From Acanthaster planci (taxonomy: Eukaryota): a DNA stretch of 64,000 nucleotides. The notes beneath the pieces were generated by a model. The model was not told the DNA's origin. It did no database searches and worked only from the letters and a program-made list of their open reading frames with translations. This document shows positions 1 to 13,300 of the stretch, piece by piece. The DNA lies in the NCBI RefSeq assembly GCF_001949145.1, contig NW_019091362.1, positions 1,495,838-1,559,837 of the forward strand, read 5' to 3'. Each line of letters opens with the position of its first letter. Position 1 is the stretch's first letter. Both the position numbers and the translations under genes were made by a program.

Positions 1-2011
1 TACCCCTCTTCGCCAGACTACCATCCCACGACTGGAATTAATGGCTGCGCTTATAGCCTCTCGCTTGGCCAAGACGCTTCACACTGAGCTATGAGAAAAG
101 CCACAGGTTCATCTTTGGACTGACGCCCGCATCGTTCTTCTCTGGTTACGGTCTGAATCCATAGATCTCAAGCCTTTCGTAGGAGTGCGTGTTGCAGAAA
201 TACCGTCAACTGGTCTCCAGACCTATGGAATCATGTACCCACAGAATCCAACCCTCCGGGGCCACAGAAGCCAACCCTACGGATGACCTTAGTCGCGGCC
301 TGACGGCCATTGAAATGAGATCACGATTGATCAATGGGCCATCCTTTCTCCGGCAACCAAAGACGGAATGGCCAGCACAAATCAAAGAAAAAGTTACCTT
401 GGAAGATCCGGAGCGGTAAAGGCCGAAGTTAGTTTCTACCGTAGCAGGAGCGAAATCCATCCCCCGATAGAGTGCGTGCGATTTTCAAGCTGGGGAAGAC
501 TGCGTAGGGTTACAGCTCTCTGCCTGCGATTCATTTCAACTTGAAATCCAGGAGACAAGACCAGATGAAAGGAACAGGTGCTCTCGTGCTAGACGAGCTC
601 AAGGACGCTGAAACCTATTGGTTAGTGCAAGCTCAAAAGGATTTGGGAGATTGGTCTATCAGGTGTCGGGATCACACCCCATTTATCGACGAAAATAACC
701 TGATAAGAGTTAGCAGACGACTGAGAAACGCAAGCTTTCCTTATGACGAAATTCATCCCATTCTTCTGCCATCTTCGGGACACATATCCCGACTGATTAT
801 GAAGGATGTCCATAATGCAAGGGCTCATCCAGGAGCGGAGAGAACGTTGAGCGACAGCAGGAGAAAGTTCTGGATTCTCAAGGGACGGAGTCTTGCGAGG
901 GAGGCGGTGAGACTATGCGTGATCTGTCGTAAACTCCGTTAGTCTCCACATGTCACTTTGATGGCAGGAGAAAGTTCTGGATTCTCAAGGGACGGAGTCT
1001 TGCGAGGGAGGCGGTGAGACTCTGCGTGATCTGTCGTAAACTCCGTTAGTCTCCACATGTCACTTTGATGGCTGGTTTACCACCAGAACGTCTGAGAATG
1101 TTTTCGCCACCATTTCCAACCGTTGGCGTTGATCTATTCGGTCCTTTCCAGTTGAAATACGGCTGTAATAAGGCGAAGAAAGCTTGGGCAGCCATATTTA
1201 CTTGTGCCACAGTTCGAGTGATCCACCTGGAAGTAGTAGAGGATCTTTCGACCCAAGCCTCCATGCGTGCTATTCGACGATTTGCAGCACATTATGGTTG
1301 GCCTTCAACACTGATACATATATCTGATAATGGCACTTCCTTCATTGATGCAGAAAAGGAACTCAAGAGGCTGTTCACAGAGAGACGGGAGCTGGAAGAC
1401 TTCGCATTTCTCCACAAATTGAAGACGCGGTTTATCACATCCGTTAGTCCTCATCAGGGAGGATTCTATGAGAGTCTTATTAAGCAAGTGAAAACCGCTC
1501 TGAAAGTTTCAATTTCAGGCCAGATTCTGGCGTGGAATGAAATGACCACAGCCTTCAGTGAAGTGAAAGGTCTTCTTAATTCCAGGCCAATCGGATATTC
1601 ATCTGATGACCAAATGATTTCAGACCTCTTACCCCCAATCATTTCATGATTGGGAGAGCTTCCACAGATACCCCACAAGGTCAGTTCAACGAGACTGGAA
1701 ACTTACACAAACGCTCCGAGTTCATTCAGGGTCTTGTCACGCAATTCTACAGACGCTTCAAAAGGGAATACCTCCACACATTCATGTCCAGACAAAAATG
1801 GCGAAGCGCTGGTCGACAGTGAGCCGTTGGGGATGTCGTGTTGCTCACAGACGACAAGCTCGCCCATGGTAAGTGGAGCATGGCGCTAATCATCGAAGTG
1901 TTTCCTGGAGGTGATGGAATAGTTAGAAACGTCCTGGTAAAGACCCCGTCTGGGGAGAAAAGGTGGAGCGTACAAAAGTGTTGTCTTATCTTGGAGGGTT
2001 GGATTGAATAA
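1..2011 (+). mobile_element. Degenerate BEL/Pao LTR retrotransposon pol 3' part (RNase H C-terminus, HHCC zinc finger, DDE integrase, C-terminal DUF5641-like region), with stops and frameshifts
   Basis: Translated pieces show Pao-type motifs: PRLELMAALIASRL, WTD, NPxDDLSRG, HPILLP..H..HPG..C..C, VGVDLFGP, SDNGTSF, HQGGFYESLIKQVK, LNSRP, FPGGDGIVRNVLVKT. The reading frame is broken several times and no LTR is recognisable before the gap. Confidence 0.9.
857..1072 (+). repeat. 107-bp direct tandem duplication inside the retrotransposon
   Basis: 857-963 and 964-1070 are identical except gactAtgc/gactCtgc. Confidence 0.9.
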
Positions 2012-2125
2012 CAGCTAGACTGCTGCGTAAGAAAGCGTGCGTCCGCGCCCAACTAAATAACAATGAAATTCTTTGTTTTGGTTTTGAATCATTCCGTCGT
2101 ATCCCGTGAACGGTACAAGTCCGGT

Positions 2126-2463
2126 NNNNNNNNNNNNNNNNNNNNNNNNNNNNNNNNNNNNNNNNNNNNNNNNNNNNNNNNNNNNNNNNNNNNNNNNNNN
2201 NNNNNNNNNNNNNNNNNNNNNNNNNNNNNNNNNNNNNNNNNNNNNNNNNNNNNNNNNNNNNNNNNNNNNNNNNNNNNNNNNNNNNNNNNNNNNNNNNNNN
2301 NNNNNNNNNNNNNNNNNNNNNNNNNNNNNNNNNNNNNNNNNNNNNNNNNNNNNNNNNNNNNNNNNNNNNNNNNNNNNNNNNNNNNNNNNNNNNNNNNNNN
2401 NNNNNNNNNNNNNNNNNNNNNNNNNNNNNNNNNNNNNNNNNNNNNNNNNNNNNNNNNNNNNNN
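2126..2463. other. Assembly gap (338 N)
   Basis: Run of N. Confidence 1.
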
Positions 2464-3340
2464 ATTTTCAGAATGTTGTCGTTGTTCCTGTGCGTCAAAT
2501 AAAATAATAATAAAGAAGCAACGATTAGAAGATTCCCGCTTGTATCGTAGTGATGTGGAGTTGCGCTTCTTGTCTGCACCAGGCGGTACAAAACGTTTAT
2601 GTATTGTGATTGTACGTACACACAATGTAGTTGCGCTCGATCTTGCGGTTTTATATAGCGCCCTCAGTGATACCATGCGTCGCGTTGTCGCGTATTGATA
2701 TTTGTAACGCATTATTAACTGTTGCCCGTTTTACAAGTAAATACCTGAAAAATAATTTTCAAAAGTACATTTACACAATTTGGAACTAAGAGAACGTTTT
2801 AGATGTGAATTGTGAAAAGAAACCGAGAGATTCATGGGGAGGATTGCAGTGCGGTGCGTCATTGGCGGATGGAACTCGACCCTTTCCTGTGCGTAAAACG
2901 TCTGTACAAGATGTAAATAATTATTAAATGCAATGACTGGACGCTCGCTGCATGCATGGAGCGCGGATATGGATGCGCTGCTACAATTAAGCTAGTGTTC
3001 GCGTACTACTCTATGTTGATGTGTGCTGTTCACCTCTGAATCGGACTGTCGTAATATAATGATAACTAAAGTGTAGATATTCCGACAGTTCTCCTTTACC
3101 ATGGCATCGTCTGGCACGCTCAACTTGAAGTTGTTGGTACATTTAATCCTCTGCTTGTGTCTCGCATTAGGTAAGAAGTCAGGTCACATTTTGTGTTGGT
3201 ATTCAGATGTCGGTGGATGTTATGTACTATAGGCCGAGGCCTACATACTGTACATGTATAGCCTACCTGCATACTTGGTACGTACGTGTACTGTTACTTG
3301 GCCCACATGCGCGTACCGCCCGCCTGCGCCTGTCCCTAGC
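2464..3340 (+). promoter_or_regulatory. CpG-enriched promoter / 5' UTR region of the type I receptor gene
   Basis: Visibly more CG dinucleotides than downstream introns; surrounds the signal-peptide exon; TSS not defined. Confidence 0.45.
3101..3170 (+). CDS. ALK4/5/7: TGF-beta type I receptor exon 1: signal peptide MASSGTLNLKLLVHLILCLCLAL
   Basis: accATGg context, hydrophobic stretch, AG|gtaag donor in phase 1 matching the phase-1 acceptor at 18964; too short for the ORF track. Confidence 0.75.
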
Positions 3341-3895
3341 CTGCTTAACGTAAGTAATGTATGCCTATACCCACCAGAACTGTGGCCTTGGGGTCTGATG
3401 TCCCCCCACTCCACCTATGAAGACAAGCCTAGTATTCTGCCACAGCGTAGGCTCTAGATCAGTTGTCACGAGTCACCATCCGCGCACTGGGTCTGTTAGG
3501 CCGTACTCTGACCTAAACTTGTTCTTAAATGTAGACCTGCTAAAATTTTGTATAGCTTCACTTTCAGTAGGTCCTAGTTGAAAGTTTGACTAAAAATCTA
3601 CGGAATAGGCCTAATAGTAATACTAACTATACTAGCTATGAAAAACATCTGATGTCACCACGAAGCAACAGAAACAATGTCATCTGCAAACGAGTCGGTT
3701 CGGCTGTACTACTAGTATTAGTAAAACCTACGTCACCACACATCACGCACATACATTGCAAACATTTTATGGGGTATTGGTAATGTCCTACTTGTACTTC
3801 TGAAAATCTGCCCGTTAATGTCTTTTGAATGAGGAGTTACTTTTTGCATTAATTACTTTGCTTTGGTGATTCAGTTTGAGGAAAAAGCGCTTTAC

Positions 3896-3985
3896 AGTCA
3901 CTTCGCCCCATTTCCACGTCACCCCTAACCACTTAGACTCATCTCCACATCGCCCCATCCCCACTTCGCCCCATTTCCACTTTTC
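3896..3985 (+). repeat. Repeat segment with CACTTCGCCCCA units; inverted counterpart at ~8221-8338
   Basis: cacttcgccccatttccac occurs twice; 8221-8338 carries related ggggcgaa/gggcgaagtg units in the opposite orientation. Confidence 0.45.
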
Positions 3986-4073
3986 CTGTCCTTGCTCTAG
4001 TGTGTTACAAGCCTCTTCAAAACATGTTCAAGAGAGGAGTTCCACAAACAACATCACGACGGAGTTATACATG

Positions 4074-4250
4074 TACAGTCGACTCTCGTTATCAGCCGTA
4101 ACGAAATTACGGTTGTAGCAAACACAAGTCTGTGGTCCCTGCGAAAACATGTACATTTCTATGGGAAAAAAAATCTGTTACAGCGAAATCACATTGTACG
4201 AAATTCCTGTTACAACGAATGGTTTTCATGACTCTTGCCTGAAAAACTAT
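4074..4250 (+). mobile_element. Left end of a pogo/Tigger-like non-autonomous element
   Basis: TA|CAGTCGACTCTCG start; a matching right-end fragment GAGAGTCGACT occurs elsewhere at ~42960. Confidence 0.4.
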
Positions 4251-5210
4251 TGTTGACGACCCATTCATAACGAACATTTGCGAATCAAGGTGGTTAAAGC
4301 ATGTGGGCAGTGCATCACGCTGGTTCTCACCGGTCCAAACCGTTGCCAAAGAAGGCACGAGGGAAATGTGGCAACCAGTCAGTGTACAGTTCCTGCCAAA
4401 AAGGGTCGTGAGCATTCCACTATATGTACATGGTATACGAATGCAGCTCTGCAGTTGCAAGCCGAAAAAACACTGCCGTCACAAATTTTTCTGCAGGTTC
4501 ATTCACAAAAATTGATCTCATGTCTATGTTTGTGTTTTCTGTATTTAATTTGAAGATGTACTGTTTGTACTTGAAACGAGCGTGTTTCCACAAAATGTCC
4601 AGTCGCAGCATGAGGCTAATCACCCGCCCCTCCAGATGTGTCACACACGCATAAAATGTGATACACAGACATTGTTTACCAGTTTCCTGTAGTCACGACA
4701 AGCGTAAAGCATGATTCAAAAATCAATGTTTTTTACATTGATCACACAAACATCATAACAAAAAGTCCCTTCCCAATTCCGATAAAAATACAGCCAAATA
4801 AGTTGGCTTGACTACTCTCATCTCGAGCCCAACTAATCATCCAATACTGAATAATTCATATTGCTGCAAAAAGATAGCATACCCGCTAATGAGACTGTGC
4901 GTTTTCATGACGTACATTTTGCAAGATACAGCTATCCAATCACAATATTCCTTCATGACAAAGCGACCATCGCACGCGGGCAGCCGCGCACAGTGGGTGT
5001 CACTGGGCGAGTGAACGTGGACTATCAATCAATCATGCAATCAGTAACCCATATCTTGTGTATCAATCACAGTCGTAGTCAACCATTTGGCCATGGCTCA
5101 TCTTCACAAGTGCATGTACATGTGAACCACATGTCTCTCGGATGCTGATCTGGAAATATTTGCACCTTTTTTGAAAATGGACATGGTTTTGACCTTTTTT
5201 TCGTGGTATA

Positions 5211-5850
5211 TACACTGGACAGCAAAAGAAACTTAACACTGCTGTCAAAGGCCACACAGAAAAAATGACTCCACCCCCTCCATAGAAATTTGTACACAGG
5301 TACATGTATACTGCAACATCCTTTACTAATCACATGCCCAAAAGCAAGTGATTATCTTTATAACAAGGAAGAAATTGACATGCACAGCAACTTGGTTACT
5401 GAATCAAAAGTCACAGAATGTAACAGAATGAGCCTTAAGTTTTATGCAGAAATCAATGTCACAGGACGAAATAAAGAAGTCACAATCACTACTTTTCCAT
5501 AATGTGTATGCATAGTCTGTAAGGATGGGATCCTTATACAGAAACCACTCATGCACATCATTTTGACAAAACAGGTGTTCACTTTGTCATTGGTTGTTTA
5601 AAATGTTATCCATTCATGGGTCATTTTTGCTTGGTGGAGAGTGCTTTTGTGAGTGACTTTTGATTCAGTAACCAAATTGCTGTGCATGTCAATTTCTTTT
5701 TTGTTGTGAAGATAATCACTTGCTTTTGGGCATGTGATTAGTAAGGGGTATTGCAGCATACCTGTGCACAAAAATTGTTTATTTCTATGGAGTGAATTTT
5801 TATGTGAGGCCTTTGGTAGAAGTGGCAAGTTTCTTTTGCTGTCCAGTGTA
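5211..5850. mobile_element. Tc1/mariner-type MITE with ~200-bp terminal inverted repeats and TA target duplication
   Basis: TA-CACTGGACAGCAAAAGAAACTT ... AAGTTTCTTTTGCTGTCCAGTG-TA; arms 5211-5414 and 5653-5850. The ORF track shows the same pseudo-peptide (PLLITCPKASDYL..EIDMHSNLVTESKVT) on both strands. Confidence 0.85.
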
Positions 5851-8800
5851 GTACGAAGGTACAGTGTATGTAAGCTACCTTACATAGAACTCTTCGGGGA
5901 ATGGAGCAGCAGTTCTGTGGCTACACAGTGGTCACAAAATTTCTGTTAAATGTCATGTAAAGCCTATGGCAGAATAGGCTTGTTTTCTGTGGGGTTCGTT
6001 CGAGGGGGGTGGACATCGAATCCCACAGATCTTGGTGTTCGGTAAGTACATGTATACTGTACATGTACATGTAGCCTACCCTACATCTTGTAACATGCCA
6101 CTTATCATTTTGCATTTGGCTATGACCTGTTTCTGTTCTACTTCTATCACAGCATAGGGTTCCCACAGTCATGACAGTGAGTGCTGAAGTCTTAAACTTC
6201 AGTTCCTTTGATGATGAAACGTTTAGGCCTTCCCATACTAGAAACCATAGAATTGAACACCATAATGGCTGAAACTTGCATTGGAAAGATCAAACCATTT
6301 CACTCAATAAAACCTGACCTACGGACGCATGACCAATTTTCTAGTGACGTTGATCGGGAAACCAGTGTGCAACGTTCCCCAAAGTGGCAGAACTCGTATC
6401 ACCTGTATGGTACATATACATCACTGACATTTATAAGAGTCATTATGCCACCTTGGTTTTTGCAGTTTGAATTACGTGAACAATTTTGTGCATGGCTGTA
6501 GTTAAAAAATGCCACAGAGTCCCCCTCTTCCCAGAAAAGAACTTGGGTGTGATTACTCTTTATCTCTGTGCCTGGATATAAACATGAAAAATGGTTGCCC
6601 TCATGATGGACTGCCGATACAAAGTGTGTCCCAAATACAGCCTTAGAAACACTTTTCAGACACCCAATCCCACTTTTCCCAGGCTAGCTTTCAAGTTATT
6701 GTCTAGTGCGCATGGTAATGTTTCTGTGGTTTCTGATTTTGTCCATATATGGAACTCTTGCCCCACTTGATTTAAGTCAGTCAACCTTTTTTTGAGCTTT
6801 GTTTACAATATTGGTGTTCAGCCTATGTACATAGTCCAGGGTAGGCCGGGTGAGAAAAGAAATGTTTGACATGTTGGGAAATCCAAGGTTGCACAAGACT
6901 AAGTACTGCACACGCCTGTAGAAAAAAAGCGCAAAATTGTTGAAAATTGACACCAGATCATGTGACACCTGGGGAGGCTTTACAGTCACTTTGTCCCGTT
7001 TTCACTTCACCCTGATGCCACTTTGCCCCAGTGTAAACTTGACAATCTTTTGTTTTAACTTTAACCTAAGCAAAGGCTACAATGTCGAGGTTGAAACTAA
7101 AGGTTTCAATGCAGGCAGTTTGCCAAGGAAAATGCAACAATACACACCATCATCCTGATGATCTGTGGGCATCAAGTCTTGTCGGCCAGTATGGAGTCAC
7201 GTGGCTAGGCAACAAAGTTATCTTATTCTTTCAATGCAGGGTAGTCGGTGATGGTCAGTGCGGTATGGAAAATATTGAAATGAGGAGCCACTGGCTCCTA
7301 GAAAAAAAAAGTCAGGGGCCAGGTAGATTTTTGCACATACTGTACACACATTTGCAAAATACACAAGTTACATGTTTTTGTACAAAATCTGACAAAACAC
7401 ATATAGAAACATTATTCTATCAATTATCCACATGACAGACAGGCTTTGGATTTTGTGCTTGTGAAATGAATAAAACATCGCAACCAATTACATGATTAAA
7501 AAACTGAAAGAAAAGACAAGGCATGTTTGCTCTCTTACTTTTGAGTATTTCGTACCTAGGACCGGACCGGACCAAGGGAAGCTTTGGTTTCAAACTTCAA
7601 ATACGTGTACATTTGGGACTGAAACAAGTTGATTGCACCGGAATCGTGGCGAGCATAGAAGCTTGTGTATTGTATATACATGTATGTGAAACATCTCAGC
7701 CCCCCATACACTCTCTATACAGCGTGCGACCACAAACCAGTCGACTCGGGTACTTAGTACCTGCGTGTATGTACATGTACGCAACGTTGCATTTAACATG
7801 GTCTCGTGAATGTTGTGTACGTTGTGAGATGGAGAAAGAACTGTGTGATCACAGAGACACATGCTCGGTTTACATAGAAGAAAACCCGGTAATGAGCATT
7901 CATGAAATATGACTGACAAGGTGGGCGACCAACAGGCACAAATCATGGTCGCCATTGGCGATAAGAATTAAACATTTGGTTGCATATCATCATTTTCTGG
8001 GCGCAAGTGCGACTGTTTCGGCCGCACCGTGCAGTGCTGGTGATGCCCCTCGCTGTAAAGAGTGAAGTTACGTTGAAAAGAATTATTGCACATACTTACA
8101 TGTAGTGTCACCAAAATATGGTTATAGAAACCGTTTTGTCAATATACGCTACCTACAGTATGGAAAGCTGCCTTACATGCCAGCTTTGCAATTCGGTAAC
8201 TTCCTCACAACCAAGCACAGCTGGGGCAAATTGGAAATGGGCTGAAGTTGCGGTGGTGCGCTATGGGGATAGGTCAAAGTGGTTCAGGGCGAAGTGACTT
8301 AGGGCGACTTGGAAACGTGGGGCGAATTGCCCGGCTCCCTTGGGAAGAGGGTGGCTGCATGTGTTTCACTGAGGATTCAAGATTTCACAATGGTTAGCAA
8401 TGACATTTTGTCCTCCTCCCATCTCCATAATACCTTTAAAATAGCATTCAAACTCCACGCTCAGGTCTGAATGTAGCCCTCCATCCTTAGGCCCACAAAT
8501 TGGTGGTTTTTGTGAACAAAATACTCTCAGTTGGAAGCCACAAGTCCCAAATGCTTGATCTAGAAGAGTTCTGAAATTGGTCCCGATGAAGGCGCCTCTT
8601 AAAACCTGTGAGATCGCATACATGCTTGCAGACAGGAATCTGGCTATCTAGTGCAATGCTCCCATCAGACTACAGAAACTACAACTTACTAGGTACCGCA
8701 TGTGCCTCATTACACTGTTACTTTTTATGAGGTCATAGCACTATGGTTTTTGAATCCAGCCATCGGTAGATGTCCTCAAAACGTCATGGGTAATCCATAT

Positions 8801-10185
8801 CCCTCTAAATTATCACAGCGATGGTTTTGTTTTTTCACCATGTGACCAACTGTTTAAATGAAAAAACCAGATCTTTTGCTTTCCACCCTCTGTGGACTGT
8901 ACTGTAACACTGTATGCATATACCAATTCGATGGGCTGACCCCTGTACATTGGAGGCTTGTTTTCATTCCACGACTGCATTATGACTAATATTGGCGGCA
9001 GGGCTAAAGCTATCCATTGTGCTGTGTAGCTGTGGATGGATATTCTTGCATGTTTTACAGACTTTTAAATGTTCAAATTAGACATGAACATTTTTGCAGG
9101 TAAAAAGAAAGAATGAAGATCTGATGTTGTTCACAATTGATTCAAGAAAAAAGCTTTTAGGGGGTGCTTCCATAAGGGATAGTTGAAGACAAGATTCCCT
9201 CCCATCTTCAACAATAGTCATGGTGAAACTAAGAAGTCGGCCCATCAACCTGATGAAAGCATACAAAATTACAAAGTTTACGGCCTGTTTTGATGGGCCA
9301 TTAATTATCTGTAAAGCCGCTAACTTCAAATTTGCTCTGACTCTTAATATCCCCAGATCATTTCCAAATGTTTAAAAAGGCAATAAGTAGGGTCCACGTT
9401 ACTCAGACTACAAAAATACCAACAAGGATACGCTGCACTTTAAACCTGTTCCTCCTGCCGTAGGCTGCCAGTTATCATCTTCCCACAAGTAAAATGTGAT
9501 TGAAGCAAGAAAGTTCTTAAGAAGGAGTGAAAATTTTAGCTGGGCAGGAAAATCTGACATTGGCCTGAGTCCTGAATACCTTATGAAGAATGTAATTTAT
9601 GGAATAGACACTTGTGCACTACCACCCACAATACTGGAGTGTGTAGGGGGGGGATTATGCAAGAGGACTGCCCTTGACCTCCAGGATATTGACCGATTAG
9701 CATCCATATATTGTTGCCAAGCCCTGTGATAAGTAATGAAAAAAGGACATCGCACCTTGATGGGCAGTCCACATTGGTGTGGACTTTCCAATTCACATAT
9801 GTATGGATATGTGTTTGTATTTGCTTCACCGTACATGTACCATGACAGATCCAGGGTCTCCAAAATGACATAAAAGCATAATTCTAGGTCTTAATCACTG
9901 ACGACACACTTTCTTTCGAGGCTTCCACCTTGATTCTTTAAATGTGGTCAGGGCCCAATTTCGTGGCACTGCTAAGCAATAAGCGCATGATTTTACACTA
10001 AAGAGGCACCGTGCATTTCATGAAGATCTTTAGCACTGAGCACAGATAAAGGGCAAGCTAACCTCTGAGGTTAAACCCAGTGTGTTCATCTTGCATTAAA
10101 ATTTGCATTCTGAAAACCTGTTTATCGATATCTCAGACTACCGCAGGAACATGGAACATGGAACATTAACGGTAACAAGCCAGCA

Positions 10186-10305
10186 CATACACATGTACTG
10201 AAGTGCATACATGTACGTGTATGTACCGGTACATGTACATGTACAGTGTACCTCTGTACATGTACAATGTACTTGTTCATGTACACTGTACATGTACATG
10301 TATGT
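10186..10305. repeat. TACATG/TACATGTA microsatellite-like tract (one of many; others at ~14860-15250 and 15560-15780)
   Basis: Dense imperfect repeats of the palindrome TACATGTA. Confidence 0.8.
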
Positions 10306-13300
10306 AGTTACACTAGAGAGAACTTCCTTGAAAAGGTGTACATGGATATTGCACTTGGCATTTCCTGTTCCAATTTTTCTAAAATAATGGTTCTCCCAAC
10401 CAAAACTGTGCAGTCACAAATAAATGACAAAGAAATCCCGAAGGAAGGGATTTCCTTCCCCTTTGGTACAGGTACATTGTACATGTAGGTGGTTGTCAAA
10501 TGGTATTCTATCGTTGTTGACATTTGTGGTGGAAACCTTCAGTACTCAGAAATCCACTGCTGTATTCCGTGTACATGTACTGTCCGTGAACCTCAAGGGT
10601 CATCAAGCTGTGTGGAATTGATAGGGGCTTATCAAAAGATGTCAAAGTACCATGTGACCACATGTTTTCACAGAGATCAGCCACCATTGTACAATACCGG
10701 TGTTTAGTGAGCAAGCATACGTTGAACATGTGCATACATGTAAGTTTGTAAATTTCTTCATCAAATAGCTTAATAGTCTCACCACCTGTGTCATATACTG
10801 TATTATGGTAGTTACATGTATGTACTGTGCTGATCCACCATGAGATGCTGACTGTGCATTTTCCCATACTTTAAAAAACTCTGCAGTCATTCCTGCAGGT
10901 ACTTCTAAAGACATATATTACTGTGCCAGGTGCCATGAGCTTTGCTGTGACACTGATGGATGTTCAGTCTACGTCTGGTCACATTGGTCAGTGTGAGAGG
11001 CTGCAGCTGCACTGTGCTTTCTTTGGCCCTGCAAAATCCTCAATGTTAAGACCAGTAGATTTTGAATAAGTTTCCTTTGATGTTGTAGTTGAGACCATCA
11101 CAAGGCCAAACACCAGACTATTCACAAGTGCTGGCGTAAGTTTAAGAGAGGAAATAATGACCTGTTGAAATTCATTTGAATATCTTTTGACCTGACTACA
11201 GACCGGAAGTCCTGTGCTTGTGAGTCATTCACACGGTTATGTGTGTAAAAGGTGTTATTATGAGAACCAATGCGTGAACCAACACGTGCGCGTACTCCGT
11301 TTGTACTAGACTTCCTGGTTAAAATGACATCACGCTTCATTTTTCTGTTTCAATGAGGCATGTGCAGAGCCAACAGAAACTTCTGACGTCGTACCATCTC
11401 AAACTTGTTTAGCGTGTGCAAGTCAGGTTGATCTCGCACAGGCACTGTGATTTGGTTGATCCATGGCAGCAAACAGTGTGACATACATGTAACTGTGGCA
11501 CAGTCCATATCAAACCCCACGTAATGTGTTGTTCTACATGTAACTCAATGCAATGTGCTATTTTTATACTAAAAGCAAACTGCACAATTGTACCATTCAC
11601 TGTAAATCAAAGGTGGCGTGTTTGCGCACGTACATGTGTAGACCCTGTAACATCTTTACTGGGCATCAAGTTTGCTTGAAGTTGAATTGGTTATCACACT
11701 CACGGAACACAAAAATGTAGTGCTTCTGTGTCCCGTCTACCACTCGGCCTTCGGCCTCATGGTATGTGAGACACAGATGCTCTACGTACATGTACATGTA
11801 CATTATTCTATGCTCCACTCGCGCTGGTGTGATAACTAATAGTACATGTACATGTACATTTGCACGTAACACACATGTGCATTTCATGGAGGTATTGGTT
11901 CACTGCACAGTGCTGGGTGTTGTTAGATTCAAGAAGTAAAGAGAAGGTATGCATTTAGTGATGGGGATGGTTTTTGTGCACCTACAAATTCAAGAAATGA
12001 GACGGGTAGACTTTGGATTAATGCATCATTTGCACAGTGCAGGGATGCACAAAGGGTGATTAGATCCAGACTGACATGCTCTCATGTTTTGTATTGTACA
12101 CAAAGTGTGATCTCTCATGAGTGTATAATTTACAGACATGAATAGTGCCTGACCTTGTTCGCCTCAGAAGGCAGACAAAAGTGGACTACGGAATGAAGTG
12201 AGGGCATTGTGCGGATCAACACAGAATGTGTGGGTGGACGTAAATGTGTGGAGCTTACCTACTCTGACCTACATGTTCATGTATATGTATGCACTGTAGT
12301 ACATATATGCTGTGCCTATGTACATGTACGTCAATGCTGTACATGTACTCGTACTGTACGTGGCCCCTGTACACCAAAGGCTAGACATGTTCCTCCCATG
12401 TGGCTAGACATGTCAGGCAAATGCTGGCTCGGTATTATTTTGGGACATACGTACGTGTGTACACGTTACATGCACTCCTTATGTCAACATTGGCTTAATT
12501 GGCTGTGGAAAATGATACTTCCATCTCAGCTGTGCTCCAGCCTTCTCTGTTAAATTGATATGCATACATGTACATGTACATGAGCAGTGCATGTAACCAA
12601 TTGACATTGAAGTTTAGAGAGTTATTGTGTAATACATTTGGAAAGCATTTGCTTTAAAGTTAAAATTATGCTTATTTTAGATAACTCTGACAGTGCTTTT
12701 TAGAATGACATGTACCTGTACATGTGCGGTATGATACGGTTTGGGAATTTTGTTTGCAAAGAATGTTCACACTTACATACAGGTATAACTTTTTGTTTAG
12801 TTGTCTGCAATGTTTGAATAGTGTGCTCTCTGGACACCAAGTTGCGGGCTTATCTCAAACTTATGTGTCTGCAGGTGTCAAGATTGTCAGTGTGCTCCAC
12901 AAGGTTTTAAATGAGCACTCTGACCTTTTGTGTTTTGAGTATTGTACCCAGTATATTCCCAAAATGATACCTGAATTTTTAAAACTCTTTTTTTTTAAAG
13001 AGAAAATGATTACAAAAAGGGTTATAGGCATATTTTTTTGTAATATGTAGATAGACCTTCTTGTGGTAAGTGGCATCATCCAGATGCTCTGATGCACATT
13101 TTTTTCTGTGTAGGGCATTACAGCCAGAATGTTTTTTTTTTTAAATGCCGGCTTCTCAGACAGTGACCCTGTGAATGGAAAAAGGGTATACTACCACAAA
13201 ATCTTGCTTGAGGCCTTTTTGCACTACAACTTCTCAACCCGGGTTACTTGAACTAAACCCCGGTTGAACATAGATGTACGGTGTGACCCTCCTGGATTGA

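Noticed and set aside
1986..2712. Long ORFs of 133-211 aa in the ORF track
   Set aside because: Artefacts of the N gap
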